Notes under the pieces: generated by a model
What the model was told of the DNA's origin: nothing
The model's input: the letters and a program-made list of their open reading frames with translations, nothing else
The model's database searches: none
In this document: piece after piece, positions 1-6,559 of the stretch
How the letters are laid out: each line of letters begins with the position of its first letter
How positions within the stretch are numbered: position 1 is the stretch's first letter
Made by a program: the position numbers and the translations under genes
NCBI GenBank assembly: GCA_043814095.1
Contig: JBDRKI010000053.1
Location: 1 to 16,217, forward strand
Length of the DNA: 16,217 bases
Source of the DNA: Armatimonadota bacterium
Lineage (GTDB): Bacteria > Vulcanimicrobiota > JACPDS01 > JBDRKI01
Reading direction: 5' to 3'

Positions 1-819
1 AAAGACAGATATGATTCTTTCACTCTAAAACAAGCAGGATGGAAACTCGATGGTAGATATCTATATATCAAAAATATTGGTAGATTCAAATTATTCCTTT
101 CCAGAGCAATTTCCGGCACTATTAAAACTGTGACTATTCGGCGTACATCTTCCGGGAAATGGTTTGTTGCTTTTTCATGTGATGATGTTCCTGAAAGAAA
201 ACTTCCTGAATCTATTGATGAAGTGGGAATTGATGCAGGCGTTAAGAACCTTCTTGTAGATACTTGTGGTAATTTTATAGATAATCCAAAGAACTTTAGG
301 AAATCCGAGAAAGTCTTAAGACGCAGACAAAGAGCCCTTTCCCGCAAAAAAAAGAGTTCTTATCGCAGAAGAAAAGTCCGTATAATTGTAGCGAAGACTC
401 ATGAGAAGATAGCCAATCAAAGGAAAGATTTTTGGCATAAAAAGGCCAATAGCTACATTCAGAATTTTGGCATAATATACATAGAAAATCTGAATATCAA
501 AGGTATGGTTAGAAACAGGCATTTGAGTAAGTCTATTGCTGATTGTTCATGGGGTATGTTTTTTAATTTGCTATGCTATAAAGCGGAAGAGGCTGGTAGA
601 ATAGTAATTAAAGTAAGGCCCCATGGTACAAGTCAAAAATGCTCAAAGTGCGGAAAGAATGTATCCAAGGATTTGTCAGTGCGTGTGCACCATTGTTCTT
701 TCTGTGGTATAGAATTAGACAGAGATTTAAATGCCGCAATAAATATTCTTAGGTTCGGGCAGAACCTTCGGGCATTAACGCAGCGGACTGCCGCAAGCGT
801 AGCCCGAGAATCTCCTTGA
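1..819 (+). CDS. tnpB: IS200/IS605-family RNA-guided endonuclease TnpB, 5'-truncated by the window edge
   Basis: Frame 1 is open from base 1 (KDRYDSFTLKQAGWKL...IGRFKLFLSRAISGTIKTVTIRR), so the listed start at 130 is internal. Motifs: RuvC-I VGIDAGV, basic helix LRRRQRALSRKKKSS, RuvC-II IYIENLNI, HGTSQKCSKC...CSFC zinc finger, RuvC-III DRDLNAAINI. Confidence 0.95.
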   Translation, partial: KDRYDSFTLKQAGWKLDGRYLYIKNIGRFKLFLSRAISGTIKTVTIRRTSSGKWFVAFSCDDVPERKLPESIDEVGIDAGVKNLLVDTCGNFIDNPKNFRKSEKVLRRRQRALSRKKKSSYRRRKVRIIVAKTHEKIANQRKDFWHKKANSYIQNFGIIYIENLNIKGMVRNRHLSKSIADCSWGMFFNLLCYKAEEAGRIVIKVRPHGTSQKCSKCGKNVSKDLSVRVHHCSFCGIELDRDLNAAINILRFGQNLRALTQRTAASVARESP

Positions 820-856
820 ATTTATTCAGGAGAGTGTCAATATTATTTATATTTAC
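751..856 (+). ncRNA. Predicted TnpB omegaRNA (reRNA): 3' part of the scaffold plus flanking guide; 5' boundary unknown
   Basis: Stems overlap the tnpB 3' end: AGGTTC 751-756/GAACCT 762-767; TCGGGC 768-773/GCCCGA 802-807, enclosing ACGC 778-781/GCGT 797-800 and GCGG 783-786/CCGC 791-794; then the right-end hairpin. The guide is expected immediately after TCAA (from 841). Confidence 0.7.
808..840 (+). mobile_element. IS200/IS605 right end: subterminal hairpin and terminal TCAA
   Basis: GAA-TCTCC-T-TGAAT-tt-ATTCA-GGAGA-GTG-TCAA. Imperfect hairpin 811-833 followed by TCAA 837-840, after which the sequence turns abruptly AT-rich. Confidence 0.8.
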
Positions 857-1044
857 AGGCATAATCATTATGTATCTCTTCATATAAAAATTATTTATAT
901 ATAATACTACCAACTTATATGGCAATGGCGGGAAGAGGAAAAAGATGCTTCCCTGAAACAAGATTTAAAGGCATACAATGTCCTTAAATAAAACAATAAG
1001 AAATGAGGTTAACCAAGGCGAAAAAACTACTTATACTATTAGTG

Positions 1045-1084
1045 TTAAAGAAGAGACTGTTCTTATAAACAGCCCCTTCTTTAA
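1045..1084 (-). terminator. Intrinsic terminator of the YHS gene
   Basis: Minus strand TTAAAGAAGGGGCTGTT-tataag-AACAGTCTCTTCTTTAA. The mismatches become G-U pairs only on the minus strand; about 25 nt after the stop codon. Confidence 0.65.
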
Positions 1085-1108
1085 TTAATATATTTTTATT
1101 CTCTTATA

Positions 1109-1621
1109 TCACTGATCATCAGGTGATACTTCAACGGTTCCCGGAGGATAATCGCCTACATCTATAGGAACATTTTCAACCTGTATTTTAGGTCTGGGTT
1201 GTGACTGTATAACTCTCGGTCTGGTTACCGTGGTCTCTTTGGGTTCTTCTTTTAATTTTATCTTAACTTTAATTTTTCCGGGCAGGTATTTAAGCGGATC
1301 TGCGTCAAATTTGTCTAAACATTCCTTAGTGTCAAAATAAAAGGTATAGTCAAGAAACTTGCTGTAATATTCGGTTTTATTCGCGTCAACCAGGTTAGAG
1401 CAGACAACATCTTTTACCATATGAGGTTCTACCTCGGGGGTCTTTTCTATCTTAATCGGCTGGTAAATTTCTACCTGGGCATTATGCGCATCTTTAGCTC
1501 TTGAAGGCCATTTGATATTAAGAATATCAAGAGTAAAATATAATATGAGGCCGACAAGAACAACAGCAACACCTATAATTACAGCCATATTTTTTGTGAT
1601 TTTTTCGTCTTTAATTTCCAC
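1109..1621 (-). CDS. Membrane-anchored YHS (TRASH-like) domain protein
   Basis: N-terminal TM helix (AVIIGVAVVLVGLILYFTL); YHS pattern KDVVC...YYSKFLDYTFYFDTKECLDKFDADPLKY; GTG start with SD GAGGGGGAG. Confidence 0.8.
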   Translation of the reverse strand: MEIKDEKITKNMAVIIGVAVVLVGLILYFTLDILNIKWPSRAKDAHNAQVEIYQPIKIEKTPEVEPHMVKDVVCSNLVDANKTEYYSKFLDYTFYFDTKECLDKFDADPLKYLPGKIKVKIKLKEEPKETTVTRPRVIQSQPRPKIQVENVPIDVGDYPPGTVEVSPDDQ

Positions 1622-1664
1622 AGCTGTCTCCCCCTCTGTAAATAATAAATAATTTAACTTTTCA

Positions 1665-1693
1665 ATTCTAGCTTAATTAAATAAATTTGTCAA
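1665..1693 (-). promoter_or_regulatory. Sigma70/SigA promoter for the YHS gene
   Basis: TTGACA (1693-1688), 17-bp spacer, TAGAAT (1670-1665). Confidence 0.75.
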
Positions 1694-1734
1694 AACATTT
1701 TCTATTATTATTATAACATTATATAATATAGCAG

Positions 1735-1780
1735 ATGTTGCCAAATTATTAACAATTTGTTAACTTTTTGTTAACAAATT
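1735..1780 (-). promoter_or_regulatory. 11-bp-periodic direct repeat array; probable OmpR/PhoB-family response-regulator site
   Basis: Minus strand GTTAACAA (1775), GTTAACAA (1764), GTTAATAA (1753), GGCAACAT (1742), followed by TATAAT at 1723-1718. Confidence 0.55.
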
Positions 1781-1798
1781 TTCCTTTAAAATAAGGAA

Positions 1799-1837
1799 AA
1801 ATAATGGCTTGCAGGTATAACCCGCAAGCCATTATTT
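1799..1837 (-). terminator. Intrinsic terminator of the OPT gene
   Basis: Minus strand AAATAATGGCTTGCGGG-ttata-CCTGCAAGCCATTATTT followed by further T; about 20 nt after the stop codon. Confidence 0.85.
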
Positions 1838-1858
1838 GATTATTTTCTATAAATTACG

Positions 1859-3874
1859 CTATTTTTTCTTCTTATTCTTGTTTTCTGTCCCTTCCTCATC
1901 TTCATTTTTATTTAAATAATTCCAGAGGAAGTAAACAAGTACCGCGAATACGCCTATAGCTACCCAGCTGTTCTCCGCGTGAATCCATTTTGTTATCCCC
2001 AACATGCCGGGAAGATTAATTTTCTGCGAATCAATGACGGCAACACCTATCCCCATCAAGGCATCACCTGCTATCAGTCCTGAAGCAATTAATACGCCTC
2101 TTTCAATCTTCGCCTTAGCACCTTTATCACTGTTAAATTTATATATAAGGTAGCTTAAAAGTCCGCCCACCATAATAGGGGTGGAGAGCTCTAATGGAAG
2201 GTATAATCCTACCGCGACAGGGAGCGCCGAAGCGCCCAGAAGCTCAACCAGCACTGCTATGGCGCCTCCCGCGAATATAAGGCCCCAGGGCAGGTTGGAC
2301 TCAAAAATTCCCCTTATGACTATGGATATAAGTGTCGCCTGGGGAGCGGCAAGCTCTTTGGACCCTATAACATATACCGCGTTAAGTTTAGATATTGTCC
2401 ATCCGATAAATAAAGCCGATGACAGGGCTCCTATCATCATACCAACTTCCAGGTATTTAGGAGTTGAACCTACAAGGAATCCCGTCTTTAGGTCCTGTGA
2501 AGTATCACCGGCAAGACAGATACACACACAGACCAGCGCGCCCACAAATATGGCCGCGATCATGCCTGTCGGGCCTTTGAACCCGCATGCCATTAATATG
2601 ATACATGTTATTATCAATGTGCCTATGGTCATGCCGGAAACAGGGTTTGAACTTGAACCCACTATACCGACAATTCTTGAGGATACCGTCGCAAAAAAGA
2701 ATCCGAAAAATACAACCATAGCGGCGCCTATCCAGCCGATAGGTATATACGGTACAAATACCATCACAAAGAACATAATTATAACACCGACCGCTATAAT
2801 CCACATCGGGATATCATCCATTGTTCTTTTTGTGGCAACTGTAACGCCTTTAACCATATGGCTGAACTCTTCCACTGCCAGAACGAATGATTTGCAGATT
2901 GTAGGCATTGCCTTGCCTAAACTTATAAGGCCTCCGAAAGCAACGGCGCCGGCGCCTATATAGCGCAGGTAATTGCTCCATATATCAAACGGACCCATGT
3001 TTTTAATTAATTCCGTTGCCGGATATATAGGAACCGTTAAATTCTCGCCTATTATCGATATCAAAGGTATAATCACAAACCAACCCAGAATACCGCCGCC
3101 CAGCATAAGGGCGGAAACCCTTGAACCGATTATAAAGCCGACGCCCAGCAGAGCGGGCAGGATATCAAAACTAAGAACCGCGTTCTTTAATCCCGTTACT
3201 TTGCCTTCAACATTTTCTTTCCAGAAACTCCATATGGGATATTCCGTCCATAATTTCAATCCGCTCATAAGAAATCTGTAAAGAGCCGCTACAAAGATAC
3301 CCATAAATACAAGTTTAGCAGGGGTTCCGCCGACATCGCCTGCCACAAGCACTTCAGCGCAAGCCGTACCTTCGGGGTAAAGAAGCACGCCGTGCTCCTG
3401 CACAATAAGATATCTCCTTAAAGGCACCATGAATAAAACACCTATTATTGAGCCTATTATGCTCACAACTATAAGGTGAGTCAAGTTTACATCCACATAC
3501 GGTGAAAGTTCAGGAATCGCTTTCCATATAAATAATGCGGGGAAAGTAAAAATTAAACCCGAGGCCAAAGAGGCGCCGGCTGACGCAATTGTCTGTATGA
3601 AATTATTCTCCAGGATGGTGCCTCTTTTAAATATGCCTTTTAAAATACCCATTGAAATAACCGCGGCTGGTATTGAAGCGCTGACCGTCATACCTACCTT
3701 TAAGCCAAGATAAGTCATAGCCATGCCGAATATCACCGCTAAAATAATACCCATAATAACCGCAATAACGGTGACTTCTTTAATTTTAACTTCATCGGGA
3801 ATATAAGGAACATATTCCTCCCCAGGCATAATCTCATAAGCTGCGTGCGACAAACCGCGTTTTTCTTTTTTCAT
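1859..3874 (-). CDS. OPT-family oligopeptide / metal-chelate transporter
   Basis: 671 aa, multi-TM. Family motifs YLGLKVGMTVSASIPAAVIS, ILENNFIQTIASAG, LYPEGTACAEVL, GSSSNPVSGMTI, DTSQDLKTGFLVGSTP, APQATL, ASGLIAGDAL. G-rich SD before the ATG. Confidence 0.93.
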   Translation of the reverse strand: MKKEKRGLSHAAYEIMPGEEYVPYIPDEVKIKEVTVIAVIMGIILAVIFGMAMTYLGLKVGMTVSASIPAAVISMGILKGIFKRGTILENNFIQTIASAGASLASGLIFTFPALFIWKAIPELSPYVDVNLTHLIVVSIIGSIIGVLFMVPLRRYLIVQEHGVLLYPEGTACAEVLVAGDVGGTPAKLVFMGIFVAALYRFLMSGLKLWTEYPIWSFWKENVEGKVTGLKNAVLSFDILPALLGVGFIIGSRVSALMLGGGILGWFVIIPLISIIGENLTVPIYPATELIKNMGPFDIWSNYLRYIGAGAVAFGGLISLGKAMPTICKSFVLAVEEFSHMVKGVTVATKRTMDDIPMWIIAVGVIIMFFVMVFVPYIPIGWIGAAMVVFFGFFFATVSSRIVGIVGSSSNPVSGMTIGTLIITCIILMACGFKGPTGMIAAIFVGALVCVCICLAGDTSQDLKTGFLVGSTPKYLEVGMMIGALSSALFIGWTISKLNAVYVIGSKELAAPQATLISIVIRGIFESNLPWGLIFAGGAIAVLVELLGASALPVAVGLYLPLELSTPIMVGGLLSYLIYKFNSDKGAKAKIERGVLIASGLIAGDALMGIGVAVIDSQKINLPGMLGITKWIHAENSWVAIGVFAVLVYFLWNYLNKNEDEEGTENKNKKKK

Positions 3875-3934
3875 TTTTACCCCCCTGGTATAATATGATA
3901 ATTAAAAATCTGAAATTTTGGTATTAAAAAACTT

Positions 3935-3963
3935 ATTTCTTAATATAGGTAAAAACTCCTTTT
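3935..3963 (-). promoter_or_regulatory. Sigma-H-like promoter upstream of OPT
   Basis: AAAAGGAGTT-tttacctatat-TAAGAAAT; AGGA 3960-3957, 17 nt, GAA 3939-3937. Confidence 0.5.
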
Positions 3964-4026
3964 ATTTTACAAAAACTTATTTTGCCAAGCATTATTACTT
4001 TTAATTGATTTTCTAAATAAAAACAA

Positions 4027-4058
4027 ATAAGGGACATACTTTTATATACATCCCTTAT
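4027..4058 (-). terminator. Probable intrinsic terminator after the FecR-domain gene
   Basis: ATAAGGGA...TCCCTTAT inverted repeat with a G-U-rich inner stem, followed by TTGTTTTT on the minus strand. Confidence 0.45.
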
Positions 4059-4080
4059 AAATAAATAAAATTAGTATATA

Positions 4081-4995
4081 CTACTGTATCACAACAGGCA
4101 GTGTACCCGTATCGCTGGCGCTCGGGTTGTAAATCGTACCGCCGCCCTGAGGTGGTCCTCCGGGCTTTACTCCGCAAGTTCCGGTAGGTGACGGCTTAAC
4201 TCCGCCCGATCCTGGACCCTGACCTGGACCCTGCTGTCCGCCAAAGCCCGATGACGACATATCTACATCACCGCCAGGTCCTCCTGGGCCCTGCTGTCCG
4301 CCGGGGCCTTCACCGCCGCCGGGGCCTTCACCGCCGCCGGGGCCGGCCGCACCGGGACCCGGGCCGCCTGATTGAGGCAGGGGGGCCATCATAACACCGC
4401 CCACACCGGCAGTAAGCATCTGGCCGGGACCTACATTAAAACTTTGAGCTCCTATCTGCGCGTCAACAGAACCGGAGAAAACTATAAGTGTTAAAGAAGG
4501 CGCCGCCGCCTGAGAAACAAGAGATGCTACTTCTGTCTTTGAATTATCCTCAACAAAAAAGTCCGTTCCTCTCGCGGCTAATACCGCGCTGGGAGTCGTA
4601 ACTTCAAATTCTGATTTTTTCCCGAAAAACTTTGCCACATTAACTCTTAATTTGCCCTTTAAAAGCTCCAGATTAACAATTCTTGATTCTTTGGTAAGCT
4701 TGAACTGGGCAATTTCAACAACTGTATCCTGACCGATTGTAACCACAGAACCGTCAGCCAGGCGTATATTGGCTCTTGAATCCTTTAATGTCCTTGCTTT
4801 GTCACCGTCTTTAAGCATTCTGGACTGCCAGATATTATCCCATTGAGACTGCTTATACTTCTGGCTCTGGACATCGCCTTTAACCCTTACAACCAGTTTC
4901 CAGTCCGCTGAAGCAGGATAAACGGGTGTACTCGCAAGTACAAATACAACTATAAATAAAATGGCCAGAAACGATTTAAGCGTTTTTATTTGCAT
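4081..4995 (-). CDS. Secreted FecR-domain protein with a Gly/Pro-rich C-terminal tail
   Basis: Signal-peptide-like N-terminus; FecR pattern LKDGDKART...IRLADGSVVTIGQDT...LLKGKL...FEVTTPSAVLAARGTDFFV...VFSGSV; SD GGGAGGG. Confidence 0.85.
   Translation of the reverse strand: MQIKTLKSFLAILFIVVFVLASTPVYPASADWKLVVRVKGDVQSQKYKQSQWDNIWQSRMLKDGDKARTLKDSRANIRLADGSVVTIGQDTVVEIAQFKLTKESRIVNLELLKGKLRVNVAKFFGKKSEFEVTTPSAVLAARGTDFFVEDNSKTEVASLVSQAAAPSLTLIVFSGSVDAQIGAQSFNVGPGQMLTAGVGGVMMAPLPQSGGPGPGAAGPGGGEGPGGGEGPGGQQGPGGPGGDVDMSSSGFGGQQGPGQGPGSGGVKPSPTGTCGVKPGGPPQGGGTIYNPSASDTGTLPVVIQ
4298..4344. repeat. In-frame 18-bp tandem repeat (GPGGGE units)
   Basis: CCGGGGCCTTCACCGCCG at 4301-4318 and 4319-4336, plus a partial copy at 4337-4344. 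Confidence 0.9.
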
Positions 4996-5045
4996 AATCC
5001 CCTCCCAATAACAAATTATTATGCAGTTTTAGTAAGATATAATAA

Positions 5046-5074
5046 GGTTCTATTATGTAAATATTTATCCTTCT
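5046..5074 (-). promoter_or_regulatory. Sigma-H-like promoter upstream of the FecR-domain gene
   Basis: AGAAGGATAA-atatttacata-ATAGAACC; AGGA 5071-5068, 17 nt, GAA 5050-5048. Confidence 0.5.
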
Positions 5075-5090
5075 TTACGGATAACTTTAT

Positions 5091-5981
5091 TTATATATTT
5101 TCCATATACCTGAAACGCTGAAACTGGTATTCCGCGAAAAGCTCTTTAACCTGACTTGAAAGTTCGTTAACATCCCGCATATTAATGTTTTTGGCGTCTG
5201 ACAGATAATCGCTGAACATCTTCAGCATTATATAGTTTTTGTAATACGCCTCGGATAAAATATCGTGTATTTTTTTGAAATTCTCAGGGGGTTTAATCTC
5301 CCTGCATTTTTTTAAATCTTTCTTTGCCTGTTCAAGATTATCCTGAATTAATATCTTAAGTTCATATTTTTCAATCTCCCCGCCTAAATACTGGAAAGAA
5401 TAAAGGTCTACATCCAGTGAGGTTTTGACGGAACTTTTTAATATATCCAGCACCTGCCCGTAATACGCATAAAATTTTAAAGCTTCTCCCTCAAATTTTG
5501 TTTTTTCAATGTATTCGGACTGTTTTTTAATTCTTGCAATTTTAGTGTGATATATAATGCGGGATATTTCTTTGAGTTTTTCCAAAGCTTTTATATAATC
5601 TTCAACATACTCTGAATTATAATCTTTAACCGTTTCCCCTGCCAGGAAAACGGCATGTAAATAATTCGCCAGCACATTAACATCAACATTATGAATATCT
5701 TCCAACGAACCGTCTACGGTTAAATTTTCAACTCCCGCGTTAAGAAGTGACATTTTTTCGTTTAGAACCTGTATCTTGCTTAAAATCTCCTGCCGGGAGG
5801 CGTGATCTGATTCAAAAAACCCGTTTACGAGCTCAATTGTTTTGTTTAGAACCTCTTCCGCCTGCATGATCTTCTTTGAGGAAGCTATGTCATACTCCTT
5901 AAATGCGGGTATATCTGCAAATAATACAGCTACCGACAGAAGGATAAAAAATATAAAGGTGAAAAAATATTTTTTTATCAT
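5091..5981 (-). CDS. Hypothetical secreted or membrane-anchored alpha-helical protein
   Basis: 296-aa ORF with N-terminal MIKK plus a hydrophobic stretch. The start overlaps the cvpA stop (ATGA), suggesting translational coupling. No family recognised. Confidence 0.8.
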   Translation of the reverse strand: MIKKYFFTFIFFILLSVAVLFADIPAFKEYDIASSKKIMQAEEVLNKTIELVNGFFESDHASRQEILSKIQVLNEKMSLLNAGVENLTVDGSLEDIHNVDVNVLANYLHAVFLAGETVKDYNSEYVEDYIKALEKLKEISRIIYHTKIARIKKQSEYIEKTKFEGEALKFYAYYGQVLDILKSSVKTSLDVDLYSFQYLGGEIEKYELKILIQDNLEQAKKDLKKCREIKPPENFKKIHDILSEAYYKNYIMLKMFSDYLSDAKNINMRDVNELSSQVKELFAEYQFQRFRYMENI

Positions 5982-6529
5982 TTTGTAATTTTTGACGATT
6001 TTTTGATGATTTTATTTAAGCTCTCCTGAGCGAAGGAAGGGCTGACAATATCAAAAACCTCCACAACTATGGGGGTGGCATTCCATACCGATCTTGCAAC
6101 GGCAGAACTGAAAACTTTTCTTTTTGATTCCTCTTTTACCGGCATAACAAGAATAAGAAGAAGTATAAGCCATATAAGAATAAAAGATTTTATAAAAGCA
6201 AGAACGCCGCCGCCGAATGTATGTAATGGCTTCATAACAACGGCTAACTTTACGAATTTATCAAGCACAACGGCTAAAAACATAAGCAGCCCGGCTATAA
6301 TAAGGAAAAGAATGATAAACGAGACCCATGCGCTTGATGTTTTATTCAGCTTAAATACCGAGTTAAGAAAATCAGCTAAGTGTTTGTAAATGTGAAGCGT
6401 AAGCCCGAGACCTATGGTCAGGACAAGCATGTCAAATATTTCAAAAATCAACCCTCTTTTGGACCCTATATAAGTGACAAGTATGATGAATAATACTAAA
6501 AATATATCCAGCCAGCTCATTATATGCAT
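5978..6529 (-). CDS. cvpA: CvpA (colicin V production) family membrane protein
   Basis: MSWLDIFLVLFIIL...GSKRGLIFEIF N-terminus, four TM segments, and FGGGVLAFIKS matching the family's LGxxFGxxKG region. Lies downstream of pheT. The true start may be 6520. Confidence 0.85.
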   Translation of the reverse strand: MHIMSWLDIFLVLFIILVTYIGSKRGLIFEIFDMLVLTIGLGLTLHIYKHLADFLNSVFKLNKTSSAWVSFIILFLIIAGLLMFLAVVLDKFVKLAVVMKPLHTFGGGVLAFIKSFILIWLILLLILVMPVKEESKRKVFSSAVARSVWNATPIVVEVFDIVSPSFAQESLNKIIKKSSKITK

Positions 6530-6559
6530 CCACTCCTTCCGGGTATCCTCTTGATTGCT

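Noticed and set aside
130..819. TnpB as Cas12f or as nuclease-dead TldR
   Set aside because: No CRISPR array in the window, an IS-type right end is present, and the D-E-D triad is intact.
977..984. AATGTCCT matching the IS end core, as a distant IS remnant
   Set aside because: Single 8-mer without a TGT terminus or a second repeat; it is one arm of a local palindrome.
919..1069. Two tiny plus-strand ORFs (MAMAGRGKRCFPETRFKGIQCP; MRLTKAKKLLILLVLKKRLFL) as possible peptides or type I toxin
   Set aside because: No SD; the second runs into the terminator hairpin; expected by chance.
2181..3281. Long plus-strand ORFs (260 and 102 aa) opposite the OPT gene
   Set aside because: Antisense shadows of a hydrophobic membrane-protein gene; Thr/Pro/Ile/Ala-rich, with no recognisable domain.
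5036..5063. dif-like XerD arm TTATGTAAAT
   Set aside because: No XerC arm ending in ATAA at 6-bp spacing; overlaps the sigma-H-like promoter spacer.
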